Source of the DNA: Candidatus Azophilus sp.
GTDB lineage: Bacteria > Pseudomonadota > Gammaproteobacteria > Pseudomonadales > Azotimanducaceae
Direction of reading: 5' to 3'
DNA length: 64,000 nt
NCBI GenBank assembly: GCA_965220425.1
Contig: OZ244830.1
Location: 2,488,468 to 2,552,467, forward strand
The position numbers and the translations under genes are program-made. Numbering within the stretch: the stretch's first letter is position 1; each line of letters opens with the position of its first letter. Positions 1 through 8,256 of this stretch are shown one piece after another. Under the pieces are notes generated by a model. That model searched no databases. It had not been told where the DNA came from and saw only the letters and a list, made by a program, of their open reading frames with translations.

Positions 1-172
1 GTTCTACAACGGCCAACGTGATGGCTGTCGCCAGGGCCGCGTCGACGGCGTTTCCGCCGCGCCGCATTGCTTCGATGCCGGCCTGCACGGCCAGGGGTTG
101 CGAGGTCGCCACCACGTTTGCGGCGCAAACCGGGGAACGGGCGGATGGATAGGGTTGGTCGAAACCAGGCAT
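1..172 (-). CDS. ggt: gamma-glutamyltransferase, N-terminal end only (gene runs off the left edge)
   Basis: Reverse-strand ATG at 172..170 opens [57 protein letters not shown]. This matches the conserved GGT N-terminal block (SQPLA..AG...[10 protein letters not shown]). The ORF is under 60 aa, so it is absent from the ORF track. Confidence 0.6.
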   Translation of the reverse strand, partial: MPGFDQPYPSARSPVCAANVVATSQPLAVQAGIEAMRRGGNAVDAALATAITLAVVE

Positions 173-481
173 GCGCACATGGTAACAACAGCGCTGACGC
201 GCCGCATGCCCGGCCGGACTCCGAGCGCCGCAATCATGTTGCCTGGCAGCGGCTTCAGATAGAAAAAATCAGTGGCTTGGCGATTTGTTCCATGCGAGTC
301 GGCGGTCGCACGAGGCGGGTGCTTCAGGGCGTCGGCGCCGGGCATTCACGGGTCGAACCGCCGCGTGCGGTTTGACAGGTCAGGTGGCGCTGGCCATATT
401 CGCCGCACGGGTTTTCAACGCCCCGAGCCGGCATCGGATGAACTTCCGGTGCCGCCGGGAACACAAGCGGGAGGGAACGCA

Positions 482-1831
482 ATGGCCGGATTGGCGCGCG
501 AGCAGTGGTCGTCCCGGGCCGGCTTCCTGATGGCATCCATCGGCTTTGCCGTGGGGCTCGGCAACATCTGGCGATTTCCCTATATCACCGGCGAGAACGG
601 CGGCGCCGCCTTTGTCGCCGTCTACCTCGCCTGCGCTTTCGCCATTGGCGTGCCGATACTGATCGCCGAGGTCATGATCGGGCGCCGGGGGGGCATGAGT
701 CCGCCCGGTTCCATGCGTGCCGTTGCGCTTGCCGAGGGCCGCTCCCGGCACTGGCAGTGGGTGGGCACGATGAATCTCGCGGCCGCCTTCCTGATCGAGG
801 TAGTCTACTGCGTCATCGCCGGCTGGGTGCTGCTGTATCTCTACAAGGCCCTGACCACCGGTTTCGCGGGCGTGGACGGGCCGGCGGCCGAGGCGGAATT
901 CGCGGCGGTTCTGGCCGACATACCGGGGCTGGTCTTCTGGACGCTGCTCGGGCTCGCCATTACCGGCGCGATCATCTATGCGGGGGTGCGCTCGGGCATC
1001 GAGCGGGCCGTGCGGGTGCTCATGCCCACGCTGTTCGGGTTATTGGTCGCTCTGGCCGCCTACAACGTATTCTCCGGCGGTTTCGGGGAGGCGTTGACCT
1101 ATCTGTTCGCACCGGACTTCAGCAAGGTGGACGGACCGATGATCCTCGCCGCGGTCGGCCAGGCGTTCTTCTCCATCGGCGTCGCGATGGCGGGCATGAT
1201 GATTTATGGGGCCTACCTGCCGAAGGACGTGTCCATTGCCGGCAGCGCCCTGGTCATCGTCGCGGCGGATACCCTGGTCGCTCTGGTCGCGGGGCTCGTC
1301 ATCTTCCCGGCGGTCTTCAACTTCGGCCTGGACCCGGAAGGTGGAACGGGGCTGATCTTCCACACCCTGCCCGTCGCCTTTGCGCAGATGCCCGCCGGGC
1401 GCCTCGTCGGCGTGCTGTTCTTTCTGCTTCTTTCGGTGGCGGCCATCACCTCCATGGTCGGGCTCGTCGAACCGGTCACGGCCTGGATGGAAGAGCGCAG
1501 GGGTTTTGCGCGGCACAAGAGCGCCCTGGTGGTGCTGAGCGGCATCGGTCTGCTCAGCCTGATCAGCGTGTTGTCCTACAACGTCTGGAGCGGGGTCAGC
1601 GTGTTCGATACGGATCTGCATGCAGCCGTCGACTACCTGTCGAACCAGATCATGCTGCCCGTCGGCGGGTTCCTGATCGCCCTCTTTGCCGGCTGGTTCG
1701 TCAGCCGTTCCGCGGCCCGGGAAGAACTCGGCATGGCGAGCGGGGCGCTGTTCGACGCCTGGCGATTCCTCCTGCGCTATGTGGCCTCGGCAGCGGTATT
1801 GATCATTTTCGTATTCGGCGTGAGGGGATAG
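482..1831 (+). CDS. sodium-dependent transporter, NSS/SNF family
   Basis: ORF 272..1831. The internal ATG at 482 is preceded by GGGAGGGA. It has the NSS signature GLGNIWRFPYITGENGGAAF and a multi-TM profile. The upstream 70 codons look non-coding. Confidence 0.9.
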   Translation: MAGLAREQWSSRAGFLMASIGFAVGLGNIWRFPYITGENGGAAFVAVYLACAFAIGVPILIAEVMIGRRGGMSPPGSMRAVALAEGRSRHWQWVGTMNLAAAFLIEVVYCVIAGWVLLYLYKALTTGFAGVDGPAAEAEFAAVLADIPGLVFWTLLGLAITGAIIYAGVRSGIERAVRVLMPTLFGLLVALAAYNVFSGGFGEALTYLFAPDFSKVDGPMILAAVGQAFFSIGVAMAGMMIYGAYLPKDVSIAGSALVIVAADTLVALVAGLVIFPAVFNFGLDPEGGTGLIFHTLPVAFAQMPAGRLVGVLFFLLLSVAAITSMVGLVEPVTAWMEERRGFARHKSALVVLSGIGLLSLISVLSYNVWSGVSVFDTDLHAAVDYLSNQIMLPVGGFLIALFAGWFVSRSAAREELGMASGALFDAWRFLLRYVASAAVLIIFVFGVRG

Positions 1832-1860
1832 GAGAATCCCCGAAGCCGGACTTTCGCCAC

Positions 1861-1881
1861 GGGCTGCCAGGGAAGCAGCCC
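1861..1881 (+). terminator. GC-rich hairpin 30 nt after the transporter stop (possible terminator, no T-tract)
   Basis: GGGCTGC-CAGGGAA-GCAGCCC forms a 7-bp perfect stem. Confidence 0.3.
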
Positions 1882-1902
1882 GGTAACCGGGACGCCGTTC
1901 TG

Positions 1903-2067
1903 CTAGTGCTCCGTCAAGCCAAAATCTACGGGTAGGCGCATGGGATTTTTGGTTCCTGGCAAGGCGCGACGACGCCGCATGGCAGGCCCCATGCAAGGAG
2001 GAGCAACGCAGTCAGGGGCCAAAAAGACCCGCGAATACCCGTAGATTTTGGCTCGACGGAGCACTAG
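1903..2067. mobile_element. MITE-like non-autonomous element, copy A (165 bp, about 30-bp terminal inverted repeats, CTAG at both ends)
   Basis: The left end ctagtgctccgtcaagccaaaatctacgggta is the reverse complement of the right end tacccgtagattttggctcgacggagcactag, with 1 mismatch. It is almost identical to 12740..12904. It has no coding capacity. Confidence 0.8.
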
Positions 2068-2077
2068 ACTGCGCCCG

Positions 2078-4600
2078 ATGGCCGGAGAGAAGGAGAGTGC
2101 GGGGTCCCGCTCGGCAGCGGAGACCGACATTCCACTCGCGCGTTCGCTGCGCGGCAAATTCATCCTGCTGCTCGCGATCCTGACCGCGCTGACCGCGACG
2201 GTGTTGACCCTGGTCGATTATTTCTACGTCCGGCAATTGCTTTCCTCGAGCGTCCAGGAGCAGCTCACGCTCCGTGCCGAAGGAATTCGCGAAGTTCTTC
2301 TTGCCCATGTACGGCAGCGCAGCGACGGGATCAGGCTGGTGGCGAGCCGCACCCGGCTGCGCGAACTGCTTGAAGAACGGCTCGATGGAGACGCCGACGA
2401 GGTGGGTTTCCGGGCGGTCACCTCCCGGATGCTGCTCGATGCGCAACAAGGCAACGAAGGTTTCCTCAACACCCGCATTACGGATCCGGGCGGCATGGTC
2501 GTCACCGCAACGGAGGTGACCCACCTCGGCGCCGATCTCTCCGCCAGCCGGGCGTTCATTGACGGGATGGCGGAGCCGACCCTGGGCCTGCCCGTTCCGG
2601 CGGCCGGCAGCTACCGGGCAATGCTGTCGGCGCCCGTGTACAGCCGTGCGGGCCGGTTTCTGGGCGTCGTGATCGTCGAAGTCGACGCTCAACCCGAACT
2701 GGACATACTGGCCGCCCTGCCCAGCGGGTTCGACACCGCCGAGGTCCGCATCGGCGCCTGGAAAACGCCGTTGGGCGCGCACGATCGCATCCGCTACCTG
2801 TTCCCGGTGGGTCCGGCGGACGCGCTCTCCGTCGAGGTGTCCCGGGATGCCGCCATGCGCGCGGCGCTGAACGGCGCGACCGGATTTGCGGAGACCGCCG
2901 ACTATCTCGGCCGCGGGGTGCTCTCGGTGCATATGCCTATCGGCTACGGGGGCTGGGCGATGGTGGCCCAGGTTGCGTCCGAGGAGGCCTATGCGCCCAT
3001 CGGCCGGGTGGGCCTGGTCGCGCTGCTCGTCGCCATCGTCTTCTTCGTGCTGGCGGCTCTGATCGGAGGGCGCATAGCCGCTGTCTTTACGCGCCCGGTA
3101 CTGCGGCTCGCCAGGGTGGCGCGCGCGGTCGAGGGCGGCGATATGAGCGTGCGGGCGCGGATCACCACGCAGGATGAACTGGGTCTCCTGGGTCATGCCT
3201 TCAACACCATGACCTCATCGATCGCGCTGCACCAGAACCACCTCGAGCGACTGGTGCGCGAGCGGACCGTGCAACTGGAGGATTCCCGCGACCAGCTCGC
3301 GGATCTCTGCCGGGTGCTCGAGAATCATGCAGAGACCATGGAGCTCGATCTCAAGCGGGCCGAAGTCATTCAGCGCTCGCTGCTGCCGGGCGCGCCGCCC
3401 GACATCCCGGGGTTCTGCGTGCATACCCTGTATCGCCCGGGGCACAATGTCGGCGGCGACCTGTTCGATATCGTCAAGATCGACAACCGCCACCTGGTAC
3501 TGGTCATTGCCGATGCATCGGGGCACGGCGTCAGCGCCGCGATGCTGTCGGTGCTGTTCAAGCACCGGCTGGCCTTTGTGGATACGTCGGGGCGGCCCCT
3601 GCGTCCGTCCGAAGCGCTGGCACGGGTGAACCGGGCGTTACTGACCGGGCCCACGACGCCGGGCATGTTCGTCACCTGTATCTATTGCCTGCTGGATGTC
3701 GAAAAGAGGACGGCGACCGTCGCCTCGGCGGGACACAGTCCGGCAATCCTGCTGGGGCGGTACGGCAGCACCGGCCGGATCGAGCATACCGGTCCGGCAT
3801 TGGGCCTGTACAAGGATGCGGTATTCGCCGAGTGCGGCATGCCGCTTGGCGAACAGGATCAGTTGCTCTTCTATACGGACGGAATCTTCGATATCGGTGG
3901 CGAAGAGAAGCCGAGCATCGGATCGATCGCCAATACCCTGGTCGGGCAGGGCGAGGGCGAACATGTGCTGGATGAACTGTTCATCGAACTCTCCCACGGC
4001 CACGAGCGGGAAGACCGGGACGACGTGACGATGCTGCTGCTCGAGGGCCGTTCCGGCGAGAGTTACTTCGGCAGCGATGAGGATGTGCCGGAACTGGAGG
4101 TCGACCCGCCTGCCGATGCACCCAGGCTGACCTGGGGCGTAACGGATGCCGGCCGTTTCATCTGTCTGCAGGGCCGCGTCACCTGGATGCATGCGGAACC
4201 GCTGCTGGCGGGCGCCCGGGGCGCGATCGATGCCGCCCAACCGCTGATTGTCGATCTCGCCGAGTGCGAATATCTCGACAGCGCCATGCTGGGTACGCTG
4301 CACGAACTGGTGCAGGAAGCCGACGGCAGCGACGGCGGGGTCTCCATTCAGGGTGTCAGCGCCCCGCTGCTGGAAGCGTTTCGCGAACTCAGCATGGACG
4401 TGGTGTTGAACGGCGTCGCGGAGCAGCCGCTGCCCGTACCGGCCGATCGCGAATCGCTCGACCTGCCTGACGCCGATCCCCGGGGCCAGAAGATGCGGTT
4501 GCTCAAGGCCCATGAGGTACTCGCGGCGCTCAGCCGCGAGAACGAAGCCGAGTTCGGCGGCGTTATCGCCGCTATGCGGAAGGACATGGGCGTCGGTTGA
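2078..4600 (+). CDS. membrane sensor phosphatase: Cache-like periplasmic domain, HAMP, PP2C/SpoIIE phosphatase and C-terminal STAS domain
   Basis: ORF 2048..4600. The TTG at 2048 lies inside the MITE, so I start at ATG 2078. Two TM segments flank about 280 aa. HAMP segment: RPVLRLARVARAVEGGDMSVRARITTQDELGLLGHAFNTM. PP2C motifs: GGDLFDIV and IADASGHGVSAAML. STAS-like tail: LIVDLAECEYLDSAMLGTLHELV. Confidence 0.85.
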   Translation: MAGEKESAGSRSAAETDIPLARSLRGKFILLLAILTALTATVLTLVDYFYVRQLLSSSVQEQLTLRAEGIREVLLAHVRQRSDGIRLVASRTRLRELLEERLDGDADEVGFRAVTSRMLLDAQQGNEGFLNTRITDPGGMVVTATEVTHLGADLSASRAFIDGMAEPTLGLPVPAAGSYRAMLSAPVYSRAGRFLGVVIVEVDAQPELDILAALPSGFDTAEVRIGAWKTPLGAHDRIRYLFPVGPADALSVEVSRDAAMRAALNGATGFAETADYLGRGVLSVHMPIGYGGWAMVAQVASEEAYAPIGRVGLVALLVAIVFFVLAALIGGRIAAVFTRPVLRLARVARAVEGGDMSVRARITTQDELGLLGHAFNTMTSSIALHQNHLERLVRERTVQLEDSRDQLADLCRVLENHAETMELDLKRAEVIQRSLLPGAPPDIPGFCVHTLYRPGHNVGGDLFDIVKIDNRHLVLVIADASGHGVSAAMLSVLFKHRLAFVDTSGRPLRPSEALARVNRALLTGPTTPGMFVTCIYCLLDVEKRTATVASAGHSPAILLGRYGSTGRIEHTGPALGLYKDAVFAECGMPLGEQDQLLFYTDGIFDIGGEEKPSIGSIANTLVGQGEGEHVLDELFIELSHGHEREDRDDVTMLLLEGRSGESYFGSDEDVPELEVDPPADAPRLTWGVTDAGRFICLQGRVTWMHAEPLLAGARGAIDAAQPLIVDLAECEYLDSAMLGTLHELVQEADGSDGGVSIQGVSAPLLEAFRELSMDVVLNGVAEQPLPVPADRESLDLPDADPRGQKMRLLKAHEVLAALSRENEAEFGGVIAAMRKDMGVG

Positions 4601-4646
4601 CCGGCAGCAACGCCCGGATTTCCACGCGCTCGACACGCACGGGCGG

Positions 4647-4967
4647 CTACATCTGGAATTCGGGCAGCCTGACCACGATACCGTCGATGGCGTCGGTCAC
4701 ATCGATCTGGCAGGAGAGCCTGGAGTTGGGCTCCCGTTCCGGGTTGAGGTCGAGCATCGACTCCTCCATGTCGTGGGGCTGCCCAACCACCGCCATCCAG
4801 TCGTCCGCCACCATGACATGGCAGGTCGCACAGGAACATTCGCCGCCGCAGTCCGCGTCGATGCCGGGAACGCCGTTATCGATGGCGGTACGCATGACGG
4901 TCGAGCCCTTCTCGCCGGCGATGACATGCTCGGTTCCGTCGAACTCGATGTAGGTGATGGTGGGCAT
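4647..4967 (-). CDS. [2Fe-2S] ferredoxin, adrenodoxin/putidaredoxin type
   Basis: Internal ATG at 4967 gives 106 aa, [16 protein letters not shown]..., with the cluster ligand pattern [11 protein letters not shown] plus a distal C. Confidence 0.85.
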   Translation of the reverse strand: MPTITYIEFDGTEHVIAGEKGSTVMRTAIDNGVPGIDADCGGECSCATCHVMVADDWMAVVGQPHDMEESMLDLNPEREPNSRLSCQIDVTDAIDGIVVRLPEFQM

Positions 4968-5204
4968 TCGCGACTGCGTTCCTCCGCTGCGGATGCTGAG
5001 ACGGGGCGTATCATACCGAAGCGCCGAAGAGCGTCCAGCGATGCGGGACATTGGCGCTTGGGTCGAATCCGGTTGTATGCTACGCGCCGGCCCGCCGCCG
5101 GCCGCCCGCCCCCGGTGGGAAAACTTCGGCGGCACGCCACAACGACCATCCGGAACCTTGCCGATGACCGACCGCCTGCGCGAATTGCCGGGACGCCGCC
5201 GCTG

Positions 5205-6413
5205 ATGGCGGGTCCGCTTAACGGCGTGCGCGTCGTCGACTTCACCGCCATGGTGTCGGGGCCCATGGCCGCGGCGATGCTGGCGGACCAGGGCGCCGAG
5301 GTCATCAAGGTCGAACCGCCGGCCGGTGACGAAGTGCGGCAGATGGGCAGAAGGCGGAATGGGGTCACGGCGGGATTCTTCGCGTGCAACCGGGGCAAGC
5401 GTTCCCTGTGCCTGGATCTCAAGAAGGCCGAAGGCATGGAGGCCGCCCGGACACTGATCGGTACCGCCGATGTGGTCATGCAGAATTTCCGCCCCGGCGC
5501 GATGGACCGGCTTGGGCTGGGGGCGGAGAGGTTATGCAAGGAGCACCCCGGGCTGATCTATCTGTCGATCAGCGGGTTCGGTGAACAAGGGCCCTATGCC
5601 CATCAACGGGTTTACGACCCGGTCGTCCAGGCGCTGACGGGCGCGACGGACATTCAGGCCGACCGGGATACCCGGCGGCCGAAAATGTTCCGGGTCGTCA
5701 TCGCCGACAAGGTCACCGCCCTCACTGCTGCCCAGGCGGTCGCCGCCGCCCTGTTTGCCCGGGAGCGAACGGGCCGCGGGCAGCACATCCGGCTCGCCAT
5801 GCTCGATGCCACCATCGCCTTTTTCTGGCCCGAGGGCATGGCCGGACTCGTTTTCGTCGGCGACGAGGTGGATGTCACGAAGTACCAGGGCACGATGGAC
5901 CTGATCTACGAGACGGCCGACGGCTATATTACGGCGGGCGCCATCACCAATGCGGAGTGGCGCGGCCTGTGCAATGCGCTGGGCAAGCCGGAATGGATCG
6001 ACGATCCGCGCTTCAGCACCACCGCCGCGCGGTTTCGCAACGTGGGAGAGCGCAAGCGGCTGACGGCCGGCGAACTCGTCCGCTGGAACCGCGAAGAGAT
6101 ACTGGCCCGGCTGAATGCGGAGGATGTACCCTCCGCGCCGCTGCTGACCCGGCTGGAACTGCTGGACCACGAGCAGGTCGTCGCCAACGACATCGTCGGC
6201 ATCTACGAATTCGAAGACCATGGCCGCATCCGGCTCGCGCGTCCCGCCGCCCGTTTCGAGGAGACACCGGCGGCCATCAGCGCGCCCGCGCCGCGGCTCG
6301 GCGAACACAGCGAGGCGATATTGGCGGATCTCGGCTACCCGGCGGGCGAGATCCGGAAATTGGTGGACCAGGGCGCTCTAGTGGTCTGGCGGGAGGCCGG
6401 AGAGGAACCGTGA
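5205..6413 (+). CDS. CoA-transferase family III (CaiB/BaiF type)
   Basis: ORF 4512..6413. The real start is ATG 5205 ([39 protein letters not shown]), the typical family III N-terminus. The upstream 231 codons are antisense to the ferredoxin gene. Confidence 0.9.
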   Translation: MAGPLNGVRVVDFTAMVSGPMAAAMLADQGAEVIKVEPPAGDEVRQMGRRRNGVTAGFFACNRGKRSLCLDLKKAEGMEAARTLIGTADVVMQNFRPGAMDRLGLGAERLCKEHPGLIYLSISGFGEQGPYAHQRVYDPVVQALTGATDIQADRDTRRPKMFRVVIADKVTALTAAQAVAAALFARERTGRGQHIRLAMLDATIAFFWPEGMAGLVFVGDEVDVTKYQGTMDLIYETADGYITAGAITNAEWRGLCNALGKPEWIDDPRFSTTAARFRNVGERKRLTAGELVRWNREEILARLNAEDVPSAPLLTRLELLDHEQVVANDIVGIYEFEDHGRIRLARPAARFEETPAAISAPAPRLGEHSEAILADLGYPAGEIRKLVDQGALVVWREAGEEP

Positions 6414-6420
6414 GCAGGAC

Positions 6421-7677
6421 ATGCAGAGGCCGGCGACGTCCATGGCGGCGGACGTTGCGCCTGGTCGAAGGAGCAGCGGTTTGACGCTCCAGGCGCGTGA
6501 TGCCGCCATTGTCGGCGTCCATGAATACCCGTCGCGGGATGTGCAGGGCACGTTCGGCCCGCTGCAGATCAAGGCGGAGAGCGCCGCCCGGGCGCTGGCG
6601 GACGCGGGCCTTGAGTGGCGTGATGTCGATGCCGTCTACGATGCCGGGGAGGGCGGCGGCATGGCGGGCCTCGCCATCGCCGACTATTTCGGCATCAAGC
6701 CGCGGGTCATCGACACCACCGGCGTCGGCGGAACGTCCTACGAATTCCACGCGGCGCACGCGAAGCGGGACATCGCCGCGGGCAAGGCCGGGGTGGCGCT
6801 GCTGACGTACGGTTCCACCGCGCACAGCCATGCCCGGGCGATCGGCGTGGGCGGGCGCGGCGGCTTCGTCGCGCACCCGGCCGACAACATGGATCGGTTT
6901 GCCGGCATGACCCTGGTCGCCAACTACGCCATGGCGGCGCACCGCCACATGCACGATTACGCCACCACGAGCGAACAGCTCGCGGAAATTTCCGTTGCCA
7001 CCCGCTATCACGCCATGCGCAACCCGGAAGCGGTCAAGGCCATGCAGGACCTGGAGTTCCTCGACATCCGGGAGACGACCGTGGCGGATGTGGTGAACTC
7101 CCGCATGATTGCCGACCCATTGCGCCTCCTGGAGTGCTGCATGATCTCCGACGGCGGCGGCGCGGTGGTAATCGCGGCGCCCGACGTGGCGCGGGACTGC
7201 CGCAAGGCGCCGGTGTGGCTGCTCGGCACGGGGGAGGCGGCGCGCTATCCGGAGAACGGCGGCGACATAACGACAAGCGCCGCGAACCAGTCCGGCCCCG
7301 AGGCCTTCGGCGAGGCCGGCGTGACGCCGCAGGAGATCGATGTGGCAATGATCTACGACTCGTTCAGCATCACGGTATTGACGATCCTGGAAGACCTGGA
7401 GTTCTGCCCGAAAGGCGAGGGCGGCCGCTGGGTCGAGGGCGGACGGCTGCGCTTCGACCGCCCCGCCGACGGTCCGGCGCTCAACACCGACGGTGGCGGG
7501 CTTTCATCGAATCACCCGGGTATGCGCGGCATCTTCCTGCTGATCGAGGCAGCGCGGCAACTGCGGGGAGAGTCCTGCTCCCAGGTCGAGGGCGCGAAGC
7601 TCGCCGTGGCGCACGGCAACGGCGGCATGCTGGGCAGCCGCCACTGCGCCGGAACCGTGATTCTGGGGAGGGATTGA
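6421..7677 (+). CDS. thiolase-like protein (SCP-x / lipid-transfer type, DUF35 partner)
   Basis: It has thiolase-fold blocks (AIVGVHEYP, NYAMAAHRHM, CCMISDGGGAVVIAAPD, NTDGGGLSSNHPG). It is followed directly by a DUF35 gene, the usual pairing. The exact start is uncertain. Confidence 0.8.
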   Translation: MQRPATSMAADVAPGRRSSGLTLQARDAAIVGVHEYPSRDVQGTFGPLQIKAESAARALADAGLEWRDVDAVYDAGEGGGMAGLAIADYFGIKPRVIDTTGVGGTSYEFHAAHAKRDIAAGKAGVALLTYGSTAHSHARAIGVGGRGGFVAHPADNMDRFAGMTLVANYAMAAHRHMHDYATTSEQLAEISVATRYHAMRNPEAVKAMQDLEFLDIRETTVADVVNSRMIADPLRLLECCMISDGGGAVVIAAPDVARDCRKAPVWLLGTGEAARYPENGGDITTSAANQSGPEAFGEAGVTPQEIDVAMIYDSFSITVLTILEDLEFCPKGEGGRWVEGGRLRFDRPADGPALNTDGGGLSSNHPGMRGIFLLIEAARQLRGESCSQVEGAKLAVAHGNGGMLGSRHCAGTVILGRD

Positions 7678-7679
7678 CC

Positions 7680-8093
7680 GTGAACACGCCGAAGCGTCCG
7701 CTGCCGAGCCTTGCAGAACCCGACTCCCGGCCCTTCTGGCTCGCGACCAGGGACAAGGCGCTCACCTACCAGCAATGCCGCGATTGCAAGACGGTGATTT
7801 TCTATCCGCGGCGGCACTGTACGGGGTGTCTCGGCAACGAGTTGGCCTGGAAGGAGTCCGCCGGCGCCGGCACGGTTTATACGTACAGCGTGGTGCGTCA
7901 GAGCTACCACCCCTTCTTCCGCGGGCTCGTTCCCTACGCCGTGGCCTGGATCGATCTGGATGAGGGTCCGCGACTCGTTTCCAACATCGTCGGGGTGCAA
8001 GATCCGCTACGGGAGGTGCGTATCGGCATGCGCGTCCGGGTACGCTGGGAAGAACACGACGAACTCTGTCTGCCGCTGTTCGAGCCGGCCTGA
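7680..8093 (+). CDS. DUF35 OB-fold / zinc-ribbon acyl-CoA-associated protein
   Basis: GTG at 7680 lies 3 nt after the thiolase stop. It has a rubredoxin-like CRDC..14..CTGC ribbon followed by an OB-fold segment. Confidence 0.8.
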   Translation: MNTPKRPLPSLAEPDSRPFWLATRDKALTYQQCRDCKTVIFYPRRHCTGCLGNELAWKESAGAGTVYTYSVVRQSYHPFFRGLVPYAVAWIDLDEGPRLVSNIVGVQDPLREVRIGMRVRVRWEEHDELCLPLFEPA

Positions 8094-8256
8094 ACCGTGC
8101 AGGATGCATGTGCCGCCGCGGCGGCGTATTCGGCGCCGGCGCGTCGCGTTAACGGCCGTCCTGCCCGCCGTCGTCGCTCCAGGGCGCACCGTCCGGTCTG
8201 CCCGGGGTTCCCGGGCGCCGAGGGTCTGACCGGATGAATGACCGAAGGGGGATTCG

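Noticed and set aside
1040-1996. Minus-strand ORF, and the 34-codon N-terminal extension of the amidohydrolase (12732..12833). Both begin MHGACHAASSRLARNQKSHAPTRRFWLDGAL.
   Set aside because: The identical peptide arises from reading through the two MITE copies. One of the ORFs is antisense to the NSS transporter. It is not a real conserved N-terminal domain.
2057-2060. GGAG inside the MITE terminal repeat acting as the Shine-Dalgarno for the adjacent genes.
   Set aside because: The spacing to the start codons is 14-17 nt, outside the usual 5-10 nt window. It is kept only as a remark within the MITE finding.
5031-5045. Additional partial copy (AGCGATGCGGG) of the dispersed CCCGCATCGCT motif.
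   Set aside because: Only 11 nt match, which is expected by chance in GC-rich DNA.
4512-5204. 231-codon N-terminal extension of the CoA-transferase ORF.
   Set aside because: It overlaps the ferredoxin gene in antisense. The family III CoA-transferase N-terminus begins at 5205.
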